NCBI RefSeq assembly: GCF_006345805.1
Contig: NC_042999.1
Span: forward strand, 29,822,001-29,886,000
Direction of reading: 5' to 3'
DNA length: 64,000 bases
From: Octopus sinensis
Taxonomy: Eukaryota
The translations under genes and the position numbers were made by a program. Positions 13,409 to 26,610 of the stretch are shown piece after piece (the first letter of the stretch is position 1; each line of letters starts with the position of its first letter). The notes under the pieces are model-generated. The model searched no databases and was not told the origin of the DNA. It was given only the letters and a program-made list of their open reading frames with translations.

Positions 13409-13439
<31 letters not shown>

Positions 13440-13509
13440 ATACATACATACACCCTCTTACAGTTTGAAATTTGCCCAACCGCTGTGTACACACACATAC
13501 ATACATACA

Positions 13510-13545
<36 letters not shown>

Positions 13546-14557
13546 TACATACATACATGCACACACACACACATATATATATACATATATATACATACAT
13601 ACGTATATATATTTATATATGTATGTATGTATGTATGTATATTTGCGTAGTTGAGAGATAGAAAACGAGAACTCGGAAATGTGTATAATTGGTTCAAACT
13701 ATATATATTTCAAGCATACACACAGAGTCTGATATCATCGAAACATGCCTCTTAGCTCTCAGCTCGTAAATTACACCTGACACCTTTACAGTTACTATTA
13801 AAAAGCCTAATCCCTTTTTTTTTGCGTTCTAAACAACTAGTTTGCATCTTGTAAAGTAAAGCTATAATCGCCCCACTTAATTTCGTTTAGTTTCTAAAAA
13901 TATAAAATATCTTTAAATATTACCGCATCGTTTAGCAGTTAGGAATGCTTTAATGAGCTCCTCTGTTAATATTTCCGTGTGATCACCACTAATCGATCAG
14001 CTAATATTTTACTTGATTCCCAGAGAATACTAAAATTCTGCACACATGTTGTTCTGCCGGTTGTATACTGTAGACTAGTAGACGACGGAATAAAACGATA
14101 TCGAGCTTTTGCATTGTCGATTATTTGAACGAATATTATAATTGTTCGGTGAATCAAGCAACATAAAATATTCTGCCAATATATTAAAAACATATTTTAA
14201 TAATGACAGTGAAATGTGTTATATGATTATTTTTGAGATGAACGGAATTAAAATTTTAATTAATTTTCTGAAAAAAGATCTATCAATTAAGCTAATAAAA
14301 TTGTTACTTTAAAGAAGGCAACATTCTTTGATCTGCCTAAACAGATTAAGTGATTATTATATCGAGACGACCTTACGCCGTCACATTTATTGACCTATAG
14401 CACGCTGTTCGACAGTGGTAGAAGTAATGCCTCACGTCTGCAATTACCTTGATGTTAGCTCGAATTTTAACAAAATCGCCTTATTGTATTTCTTTTTCGC
14501 AGCCGTTCTGACGTTTATATTAATTCTCCTGTTTATATTTATTTTTTAATCGTTTAG

Positions 14558-14660
14558 TCTGGAGGATGGGGCGGTGTCCAAGGCCTTTGATGGTCCTGTG
14601 AGACCAGTGAGATCGACGCAGTTAATGTTCTTCTTGAACAGCTGTAACCTGACAGCTGCA
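14558..14660 (+). CDS. Candidate orphan internal exon of an unidentified host gene (LEDGAVSKAFDGPVRPVRSTQLMFFLNSCNLTAA)
   Basis: T-rich tract + tttAG acceptor, GCA|GTAAGT donor, 103 nt, open in the frame 1 nt + 34 codons, GC-rich island in unique AT-rich DNA. Confidence 0.55.
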
Positions 14661-17419
14661 GTAAGTAACATGGGCAGGGCAGAATATTCTTCAAAATTAT
14701 GAAATAATTGAAAAATTTTCCAAAATATATTGAAATATGAATCAATATTTGCAAATTTAACAGATCGTTCACTAAAGAATCTCATATTTCTGAAGTGCCT
14801 TTTCGTTGAGGTCGCATTCAACCCTGAATTTCACTAATTCTGGTAACGGAAATGTCATACCAAACATGCAAACTTTATTGTATCGCTTAACGTGCGTGTG
14901 AGACAGCCAATATGTTTGTAAGTATCATTGCTAGTGAGACTACAGGTGTAGTTGCTTTGCACAATTTTGGGGCACTACTTTTTACTCGAGTTTCTTATTT
15001 ACTAGAAGACGATATTTGAATAATATGTATAATGTATTGTCCGCGGTTGCAGACTTTTCAGAACTTCACTGAGAGCATAACTAAATTTATATTTTACTCA
15101 TACTTCCTGAAAAGCCTGTAAGTTTTATATTTAGCAATATGAGAATACATTTTAACATTATCATGGCGTCTTGTTGGAAATGCCTAACACATCTCGCTAT
15201 GGTTTGTGCACGCATATTGTCAATGTTATTCTATAAGATCATTTATAAGCTTCTTTTTTACAGTGGTATCCTTAACACCAGATAGATATCATACTTTAAG
15301 ATAATAGTTATGGTGGCATAGCTTCCAATTTGTACCTAATCAAGTGTCAAGAAGATAAACACGCTTTTGCTCTAGAGGCAGTTATTGCGCATTTGTTTTA
15401 TGATATCAGGTCTGTTATATCATAATACGTGTATACACAATTAGACTATACACCTATTCTAAGACTGTACGAGAATGGATGAAAATATGGAGCTACACAT
15501 TATATTTTGTGGGGACATTATTGATGTTTCATCCTGGTCTAAACATGACGGGTTCGATTTTATCCTCTCACCTACTCCACTCTAATACTGATGAAGGTAA
15601 TCAAATATTTTCGTCTCTTGATATAGGTGATACACAATGTGTAGCGATATTGTAAATGAAGATTTATTGAGAAAAATTTCGCCCCCAGCTCTATTAATAT
15701 GATTTAAAACTGCTTCAACCAAAGACAAAAGTATGTTACTTATTGCGTCAGCCAAATGCAGATATGATCATTCCTGCAACAGGAATCCTTTGCTCCGACT
15801 TATAGTGACTATTTTCATGAATTCACTAAGCTAGCTGCTTACATTATGTAAATATATCACTATATTTTTCTGAGATTCCAGTGCAATATATTTGCGTTGT
15901 GTTTATTTAAGATAATAATAATGCATATAATTTATTATTCAAAGTGTAAGACAACAGATAAAGTTCGATTTCATGACCACAAACAAGAGTATTTCTAGCA
16001 GCACAGTTACTAAAGCATATTCGAATTTGAATGCATATCACAGTTTTAGCCCCATATCAAAGATTAGCAATTACTGCTTTGTCATGTCAGCACAGTGTCC
16101 TGTATTGGAGGTATTTTCTATATATAAAAAAAAAGGCTCTTGAAAGGCTGAAAGATAAAAGTTGACATTTTATGTGAAACTATATATGTGGGAGGAAATA
16201 TATATTTCCATAACAATAAGTTATGGAAGCCTTTTGATCTAATGCCAATGAATAAAATTTTTTTGTAAAAGAATGTCAAAAGAAATGCTGATGAATTCAT
16301 TTGTTATCACTGCATGATGTTCGCCCATTCATTCGATATTCTAAGCCATTCAGGAAAAAAAAATTGAGTAAGAAAATATAACTAAATATAAGTTTCATTG
16401 GTAAACCAACTTTGATCTCATCTTAGCAATCTCATTTCTATTGGAGAGCAGGTAAAATGCTTTATGTCTCTGCTTGGAATAATTATACACACATATACAT
16501 ATATTTGGGGTATATATTTAGATATGTATATGAAAATGAAGGCATATATTGCGTCATTTTATATTTGTGTGTACATTTATGCAATAATATATAAATGCTT
16601 CTCTTGCAGCATATGTGCGTGCATACATAATAGCGTTCTATAATAAATACATCATATTTAACATACCTGCATGTCCATATTCATTGAAAGATTAAATGGA
16701 TCCTTGTAAATATAAATATATATGTGCTTGTATGTCTGATGTGTCTGTATGTGGTGTACATATATATATATGTATATATATATATATGGCAGGCATATGT
16801 TTATACGAATCTATATGTGTGTCTCTGTATATGCATATATACATATATACAGATATATATATGTGTGTGTGTGTGTGTGCGTGTGAGTGTATGTATGTAT
16901 GTATATACATAGTCACACGTATGTATATACAGCCATGCATGTATGCGTTCAGCACTGCGGTGAAGGTCAACAATAGCACGCACGCCATCACTATCAGGTA
17001 TTAAAAGTTGCTGCTCAATAAATCATTTAGACCTTAGAAATATTTCTTTACGTTAACTCGAATCTAACAGTGCATTAAAACTACTAATACATTTGAGTTA
17101 GCAAAGATGATAACATATAAATAGGCTGAAAGCTGAATACTCCATTAATTGCTAGGCTCTGTTTAATATATGATCTTCTGTATAGCATGCGTAATGTTTA
17201 TAGTGTGTGTTTTCAAAACATGTCGAAAGAATCAGCACATGAATGGCATTCATCTAGTGATATCTCCATAACAATTTGCAAATGGCATTGTCACAACTTA
17301 TAATCTGAGTATTTGTGCAATAGTGTAACATTAGAATTATTCCATAGAGCATACGTGTGTGACCGTACGTCTCTATATGCACACATATTATGATATATCT
17401 CGACATATATATGTATATA

Positions 17420-17452
<33 letters not shown>

Positions 17453-17496
17453 ATATATATATACATGCTTGCACAGGCTTATATAACCGCCTACAA

Positions 17497-17563
<67 letters not shown>

Positions 17564-17649
17564 TATATATTTATTTATGTATATATATATACATATACAT
17601 ATATATGTATATATATATACATATGTTTATATATGGGTGTATTTATATA

Positions 17650-17726
<77 letters not shown>

Positions 17727-18419
17727 AGATAGATACATACATACATGGGTAGTTAGATAGAGACATAGATAGATATTATATAAAAACGCATATATTCACA
17801 TATACATATATGCTTATTCAAACATGCACAGACACACACACACTATTTTTTTTAAATGCATACATTCATACAGATTGAGAGATCTTTAAGCTTTTTGGTG
17901 AGTTTTTTTATTTATTTAAGTATATTACATGCATGGATTCCCGAAAGGTTGCAGTAAAATCTGGATATACTAGAACTTTCGAAGCATTTGGATAACCTTA
18001 ATTTCAATTTATTCTTCTTTTTCATATATTTTAGTGAACACCTGGTCATACATCCAAGTGATGTGTTGGAAACATCTCGCTTTATAAATATTTCAATGAA
18101 ATGAATGGACATATATCATAGGAAACACACATGCATCTAGTCTGCATATATTCACATACACGCCCACACGCCCACACGCACAAACGCTCAAACATGCTCA
18201 ACATATAGTTTATTTATTTTAAATGACGTAGAGTCCTATCATAGTAGTAATTAAGCTGTGCCATTCTCCATGATCAAGTATTTCAAATCCATTAAGTATA
18301 CTCACTTGGAATTTCTCCCTGTTGAATTCGCTTAAATATGACTTCTTTATTCCCTCTAAAATACCAATTCAAAAATTGTTGAACGATACGATAGGTACCA
18401 AACTTTAAAAACACATATA

Positions 18420-18545
18420 CGAAGCGTTTTCTTCAGTTTCCGTCTCCAAAGCAACTCACAAATCGTAGGTGCCATGCAGTAAAGCAGAATCTAGGAGCAT
18501 GTGGGCGAGTTGCAGCCTCTCCATCAGTCAGACACGCTTTCGCTC
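18420..18545 (-). mobile_element. Degenerate SINE head (family of 46008-46172)
   Basis: ttcagtttccgtct..caaa..actcacaa homology. Confidence 0.6.
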
Positions 18546-18629
18546 AAATAATTTAGATTTTGTTTATTATATATCCTCGGAATGATCAGTTACTTTTAGC
18601 TATATTTCCACACACATTTCTTTTAGCTA

Positions 18630-18885
18630 TACTTACACACACATCTGAAAACCCGGAGGATGAAATCGAGAGACTCCTGAACAAGGTGGTCCCAAGGCCA
18701 ACAAATGATGTGGAACTGGACACAGCTTCCCTCGTCATGGCTTTTGTGAACCGCATTATGCACTCCACGTACCGAGGGAGAATGGCCCTTTTTCACACAT
18801 AGAGAAAGTGTACACATGTTACGCCCTACAATCTCGATGTGCGGGATCTGCCAACTACCAGAACACATGACAACGACCCATATAG
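18630..18885 (+). mobile_element. Possible DNA-transposon (MULE-like) C-terminal remnant
   Basis: Decayed coding-like stretch ending CGICQLPEHMTTT (CxxCxxxxH knuckle-like). Confidence 0.3.
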
Positions 18886-19517
18886 GTTTGTATACGCTTA
18901 GGTATATATATGTAAGCCATAAAAAAGGAGTTTTGAGAGGGGAGTACATTTAAACACTTGATATCTTCGCGATTACTCCCTCTTTTGAGATATTGTCAAG
19001 TAATAATAATTTCAGTGTATTTTAAATTACTAAAATATTTCCTTTATATGCAGGCTGTGTATTATACTACACAATTCTATAGTTACATCTCAAGGCAAAT
19101 GAATGAAGGAAGATAATTAGTTCACTTCAATATCATGTTTACAACAATGCTTCGTATTTCAATTAGAAAATTTAGAATTTAAATATACAATGTATGGAAG
19201 ACAATCCGAGAAAACAAATTACCTAAATTTATCTTGTATTGGTCTTCTAAACATTGCAATTATTATGACGTGATGAAGGAAGCGAATTGGTCGTAGCTCT
19301 AAAGATTTCAAGTAGTTACATAAATATATTCACCTTTCGTACCATCCTAATTTCCTTGGATTATATGCCCTCCTATAGTAATAAATTCGTGTGCCGCATC
19401 TCCTGGAGCTCAGTTGCAAGTAACTCTATTTGCTCCTCCATACTAGATTAAAGTATGGCCTGATAGCCGGAGGAACTTTCGATGATAGCTATATGAATCT
19501 ATGAATCCATATATATA

Positions 19518-19559
<42 letters not shown>

Positions 19560-19590
<31 letters not shown>

Positions 19591-19930
19591 GATTAACATC
19601 CGCTTTACATGCTAGCAGGGCTTGGAGGATTTGACTGAGGACTGGCAAACCAGATGGCTGCACTAGGTTCCAATCTTATCTGGCAGTTTCTACAGCTCGA
19701 TGCCCTTCCTAACGCCAACGACTCCGAGTGTGTAGTGGGTGCTTTTAGGTGCCACCGGCACGACAGCCAGTCACCTGCTCTGGCAGCGATTGCAATCGTA
19801 TGATGCTCTTAGCACTCCACTGGCACGGGTGACAGTCATCGAATTTGTGAATTTGATTTGATTTCAATTTCACTTGCCTCAACAAATATTCGCAAGCAGA
19901 GTTTAGTGTCCAATGAAGGAAAGGTACGCA
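19560..19930 (-). mobile_element. SINE with (GAT)n tail
   Basis: (CAT)n followed by gattaacatccgctttacatgctagc and gatgcccttcctaacgccaac, an octopus-type SINE body as I recall it. Confidence 0.7.
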
Positions 19931-20285
19931 CTGCATATTTCCAAAAGTCTCGGTCTCTAGTCATTGCTTCAGTGAGGCCTAATTTTCGAACGTCGTCCTT
20001 CACCACCTCATCCCAGGTCTTCCGGGGCCTACCTCATCTACAGATTCCCACAACCCATAGGGTGTGGCAGGTTTTTACACAGCTATCCTCATCCATTCTC
20101 GCCACATGCCCATACCAGCGCAGTCGTCTCTCTTGCGGATCACATCTCATGCTTCTTTGGTTCAACGTTTTCTCTCAAGGTACGTACACTGTCGATTATG
20201 AACATTGACATTACACATCCATAGGAGCATACTGGCTTCATTCTTTGCGACCTTACGCATGTTCTCACAAGTCACGGTCCATGTT
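19931..20285 (-). mobile_element. RTE-clade LINE C-terminal fragment
   Basis: Minus strand ERRLRWYGHVARMDEDSCVK...GRPRKTWDEVVKDD...TRDRDFWK. Confidence 0.85.
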
Positions 20286-20287
20286 AC

Positions 20288-20366
<79 letters not shown>

Positions 20367-21694
20367 GTGTGTGTGTGTGTGTGTGTCTGTATGTGTGTGT
20401 GTGTGTCTGTGTGTGCGTGTGTGTGTTTGTGTGTATAAACTGATATGAAAATTATCTATATTTTTGAACATTTAAATTGATAAGAAGACATTGTTTGTAT
20501 GATTAACAGTGTGTTACTTTAAATCTTCGTCTTATGTATGCAATTACATGATGCTAACACTTAATATATAGATTGCGAACGTGGGATTACAAACTAAAAT
20601 TAAACGAAACCACCGTACAATTGTTGAAAGTTAATAGATCGAATCATAGTAGTAAATTTCAATACCCATTTCTTAAACTATAAAAAATAAACATAATGAG
20701 TGATAAACGAAAAACTTTAAAAACAATAAAGCGTATAGTTATCTGTAAGTAAAAAAGTACTGATTCATTTCCAATGAGAAAAATCATATTTAAAAAGGGA
20801 ATTATTACCCTGAATTCTCAGATTGGGAAAAGTATTTTGGTAGTATATAATTTGAAATAAAAGAATATTTGTTAATTCTAAATAGTAGAATAACTATAAA
20901 TCATTAATATTTAACTAATCATTTGCACTGAATTTAATATAACCTCGCCTAAGCATTCATACACATATGCGTATTTATAAATGTGCACGTATGTTGTGCT
21001 GAAACACGTACGAGAGGAAATTGGGTATAGCTTGCAAAGTGGATAACATATTACGAGACAGTTTGTTCGGTAAGAGTTGTTAGATATTTAGCTGTTAGAT
21101 AAATAGGAAGCTTAAGTGCCGTCAATTTATGTGCTTTGAAATAGAGAATAACGAAAGTATTCACCTTCACTGAATGTATATATTTTATTAATTAGTTATT
21201 TAATAAGATCATTAATCAAGTTGTCCATGTAAGAATTTCTTCGCTTTGAGACACGTTTCGGAATGTGTAAATTGATAAATATTTCAGCTTTAATGTATTA
21301 TAATATCGAGGTAGACAGATGTTTTCACATAATATATCACTTTTGCAATCGCTTTTTCAACGATCTAGAATAAATTTAGTGAGCGTTTGTATATGATAAT
21401 TTATAACCATCATTATATTTCAGATATTCACACATGATACACAGAAATTTGCTATATCAATTTACATGCATCTACACATACACACATACACACACTTACA
21501 CACTAAGACACATCAATAACAACATACACTTACACAAATGCGTATATATATGTAGCATATATATAACTATATGCATGTATGAATATGTGCCTGTATGTGT
21601 GTGAATGTATGTATGCTGTAGATAAAGAAAGGAAAGAAATAGTTCTCACAAAAGTTTTGGAATAATAAGGTTTTATAATAGCTTTTCACTAGCA

Positions 21695-21865
21695 GATTTA
21701 ACGTCTCCGTAACTTAGCCGTTCGGCAAAAGAAAATTTTAGGATAAGTAATAGGCTTTAGAACATATAAGAACTAGAGTAAATTCATTTGAGTAAAAATT
21801 CTTCAAAGCAGTGTTGCAACTTGGCCCCATTCTAATGACTGAAAGAAGTAAAAAGGAAAAAAAAA
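21695..21865 (+). mobile_element. SINE 3' half (family of 55660-55982)
   Basis: ccgtaacttagccgttcggcaaaaga...aatgactgaaagaagtaaaa. Confidence 0.7.
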
Positions 21866-22146
21866 AGTATTTGTTTCATAGATGCATATCAGAATCTACA
21901 ACCTCAGATAGGTCCTTAATATTTAAGATGCTTGGTGTGTATACAAATGTTTTACTCCCCCCCCCACTAATTTTATAAGTTAGTCGTAGTGATTAATCAT
22001 GATGCAATTCTTAGGGATTATATATGGTATTCAATTGTTAAGGAATCAGATAAAGGAAAATTTAAATACGTTTTGTAGTTGATAATTGTAGTTTACTATC
22101 GATGAGTTGAATTCTTATGAATAGTTTGATGAAAGATTGATCTAAG

Positions 22147-22202
<56 letters not shown>

Positions 22203-22724
22203 TATATATATAATATATATATATAAGTATGTATGTATAATGTATATATATATACATACACATATATATATTATATATATAATGTACATATATATACATA
22301 TTCGTAGAGAAAGTGGGGAGAGAAAAAGAGAGATATCGATATATATACACACGTTTATATGTATGGATCAGAAAGGCCTTCCGCAAATTTTTACTAATTT
22401 TCACTAAACTATTGTATTTGAGGATACTATTAAAATAACTTGTTTCCTTCACTTAACTTTCGATCTACTCTGTTCGCCATATTCCCCTAGCTATGGGAAG
22501 AACGAATATAAACACTATAGATGTGGAAGCATTGAACCCAATGGCCCACGCCGGGATAGTCAATTTACTAAAATTATCCAACTGCGTTTCTAAAACAAAC
22601 ATCTCATATACAAACTACTTCTGAATATAGAGTTGCATCTCAAATATCGACGGATATTAACTAATATACTCGGAGGGTGAGGAGCAACATACTCTAGCGG
22701 GGTCACATTTGTCATCTCGCTTTG

Positions 22725-22790
<66 letters not shown>

Positions 22791-22941
22791 TTATATGCAT
22801 ACAACATATACAGGTTTGTATATATTAATATATGTAAGGTTATTATAACACTTATACATACAAACACGCACATATATGCATATATATATATATATATATA
22901 CATACATATATATATTATATATATATATAATATATATTATA

Positions 22942-22992
<51 letters not shown>

Positions 22993-23099
22993 ATGCTTTC
23001 CTTTCGACGCGTATGATATTGTTCTATCGCGCCTGGATTTACAGTACTCTAAATAATAATAATGTTATCCATCCAAACCTAAATCTGATACCGATCACC

Positions 23100-23165
<66 letters not shown>

Positions 23166-23200
23166 CATCCATATATATATACATACATACTTATATATAT

Positions 23201-23279
<79 letters not shown>

Positions 23280-23304
23280 ATATATATATAAATACATATA
23301 CACA

Positions 23305-23470
23305 CGAAGTGTTGCTTTCACTTTCCATCTACCAAATACACTCACAAGGACTTGGTTGGATCAAGGATATATAGTAGGAACACTTGCCCAATTTGCCCAC
23401 GCAGTGGGACTAAACTCGGAACAACGTGATTGTAAGTAAGCTACTTACCGCACAACCACTCCTACGCCTA
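23305..23470 (-). mobile_element. tRNA-derived SINE head
   Basis: Reverse complement of ggcgtaggagtggttgtgcggtaagtagctt...ttcagtcccactgcgtgg...ggtagatggaaagtgaaag. Confidence 0.8.
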
Positions 23471-24013
23471 TATTTACCCCACATCCACTCCTACAGCTAT
23501 ATGAAAAGTAGTATTAGTATATTAATTGTGTGATTAAATTATAGAATGAAGTTCTACACATCCGGTCATATTTGTCAACAATGTATGAGATAAGATGTTA
23601 AAAAATTGTAAGAAATTTATTCAGGCATGCAATTCTTTTGCACATAGATATTAATTCATGTTACAATCTTCAAATATCAAAGTACTCATCAGTGCAGAAA
23701 AATATGAACTTAAACAAAGAGCAGAGAATGTGGATCTATGAGTTTCATGTGTATCTTTTCCTATCACTCGTGGATAGGAAGAGATAAGCATGTAACTTAC
23801 ATTTTCAATTTCTGTGCACTTTTAAGCTCTTATTATCTTTTCTGCACTGTCGAGTACTTTGATATTTGCAAATCCTATGAATTCATATCTATGTGCTGAA
23901 CAATTTCATGCATGAATAAAATTCTTACAATTTTAAAACATCTTATCTTGTCCACTTTTGACAAATATGATTGGATTTGTAGAAATTCATTCTATAAATT
24001 AATCACACACCTA

Positions 24014-24078
<65 letters not shown>

Positions 24079-24350
24079 ACCTACATGCATTTATGCAAAC
24101 ACGTATCTATATGCCTGTATATATGCATCAAATTAAATGCATGTTTCTCTCTTCCTTGCTGCGATTTTCCCACCATATGCACCTGCCTGTTTGCAATTAA
24201 AATTTTCATTCTGTGAAACTTTAACCCAACATCATTGGTATTAATTTTAGTTTAAGTTTGAGAGAGGTGTCTTTGGTTTCGCTTCATCTGTTTGTAACTC
24301 AGTTCGTTCACTTATTGTTTCTCATTTTCTTTATCCACAATTCCATCTAA

Positions 24351-25582
24351 TATAAGGTTCGACTGTGAATTGATTGACTGACAAATACACTCTCACAGAA
24401 TGACAAGTGTGATTCAGTTATGTGTTTAGTCCCCTTGCAGTCCATACACCTCTTCCACCAATGTTAAATCGCTTGGATCCAATTAGAGGAGAATCATTAT
24501 AAAATGGTGTTTAAAAATCTCATCAGAAGCAGATATGTCATCATAGTCACTGCGATACCGTTTCCCACCCAAGTAAATTTTCACGCTGGGTAACAAATGA
24601 TAGTCAGATGTGATAAGATCAGAAAATTAAGGAAGGTGATCAACCAGTTGAATTCCAGTCTCCTGCAGTTACCTTTAAAATTACAGACTTTGTGCTGGAG
24701 AATTGTCCTGATGAAGGTAGCCTAGTTTCCTCATATTTTTTGGCCGTTTGTGCTTCACAGGTTTTTCTAAGTCCCTCAAAATGCTCTCATAATACTTTCC
24801 ACTCGTAGTTTCACCCCCATGAAAATAGGAAACATAGTGCCCTTTGTATTCCCCAAACTCTGAGGTAGCCATTTTTCCTGCAGGCGGAAAGGGCTTTGTC
24901 TTCTTTGATGTAAATTTGTAAGGGTCTTTCCATTACATGGATTTTCTGTTTGTCTTACAGGTTAGGAAATGTTAAAGTCGACTATCTGGATCTGCCTCGA
25001 ACAATGTCAGATTTTCCTGCTATGTTCTTAATCTAGAACGCTTTCGATCATGTGTCAGAAGGCGCAGCACCCAACACTCAAACACTTTCGTCATATCACG
25101 TCCAGTGTTTACGGTATTCATAACTCTATCACGAGATATACTAGTATCGTTGACTATTTATTTTATAGTGAATCATTTTACTTCCAACAAAAAGTGGTTA
25201 AAACTATCAACATTTTCCTCGTTGTTGACAGTTACAAGACGTCCAAATTTTGGGTCGTCTTCAATAATCTACTTTCCTAAATGCAGATCGCCACGTTTCA
25301 TTGTTGATAACGCTGGGACACCATATCTTAAGGCAGCAACCATGTCAATATATATGCCCTTGCGTTTAAACGATTTTATTGCTGGTAGATAATAACAACT
25401 TATCAAAAGAAATCGCTCCTAGTTACATGAATAGTGTTATTTGAACAGTAATATATCAGGTTACCTTGAACGAAGTCATGCATTCAATAATAAGAAACGT
25501 TCAAATTGATATATGCAAGATTTCACTACTTTATCACAACTCCTTCCAATTCAGCCTTTAAACTTTTCAGCTCACCCTTGTA
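24351..25582 (-). mobile_element. Decayed mariner (DD34D-type) transposon
   Basis: Minus strand YLHQDNSPA, PDLITSDYHL, WKRCMDCKG; degenerate TIR tacaagggtgagctgaaaagtt at ~25560-25582. Confidence 0.8.
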
Positions 25583-25697
25583 AGTCCATAAATATAGATA
25601 TATGTAAACATTGTTCAGTAGTGCATATAGAGTGGTCTTATTTTTATATACTAAAGTTAATGTATATTTGATGTAATAAAATCGTAGATATGTTGAA

Positions 25698-25932
25698 GGC
25701 GGCGAGCTGGCAGAAACGTTAGCACGCCCGGCGAAGTGCTTAGCGGTATTTCGTCTGCGTTACGTTATGAGTTCAAATTCCGCCGAGGTCGACTTCGCCT
25801 TTCATCCCTTCGGGGTCGATTAAAGAAGTACCTGTTACACACTGGGGTCGATATAATCGACTTAATCCGTATGTCTGTCTTTGTTTGTCCTCTCTGTGTG
25901 TAACTCCTTGTGGGCACTAAACATATAAGTAT
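25698..25932 (+). mobile_element. Octopus-type tRNA-derived SINE with TSD
   Basis: ggcggcgagctggcagaaacgttagc...gagttcaaattcc (B-box); gtagatatg(t/c)tgaa on both sides. Confidence 0.88.
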
Positions 25933-26380
25933 TGTAGATATGCTGAAACAAACTTTTGACCTTATTAGTTATTTAAACCGCCATACTAGCTGTAACAAAC
26001 CATCTCGTTAATGATAAGTAAGTTTGTGTATCGCTCCCAGTTTTTGCAGAGGAGGGTGTTTTTTGAGAATGATAATGTTGGTATAAATACTAGTTAATGA
26101 AAATCAGTAATCAATGTGAGTTTATAACATAATGTCGTTGTAAATTTTATGCATACCAAAATACTGTATATTATGTATATTAATATAACCTGGTTGCTTT
26201 TACTAGCAAAGTAAACATTGCAGTACACAACACCTATAATCTATTGTAGATCAGTTGGTATTAAAATCCTTCTATACTTGAAATAATGCATAAATTGCCT
26301 CGTGTTTGCTCTAAGTTTTAGTATTGAAATATACTCAGTTACCTTAATTCCCATATCAGCAAATGTTGTTCCCATATATA

Positions 26381-26610
26381 TTTCTTTATTACCTACAATG
26401 GGCTAAACATGGAGGGGGCACACAAGGACAGACAAAGGGATTAGGTCGATTACATCGACCCCAGTGCGAAATTAGTACTTTATTTATCGACCCCAAAAGA
26501 ATGAAAGGCGAAGTCGACCTCGGCGGAATTTGAACTCAGAACGTAACTGCAAAGGAAATACGGCTATGCAATTCGCCCGGTGTGCTAACGTTTCTGCCAG
26601 ATTGCCGCCC
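26381..26610 (-). mobile_element. Same SINE family, opposite orientation
   Basis: Reverse-complement homology to 25698-25932. Confidence 0.88.
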
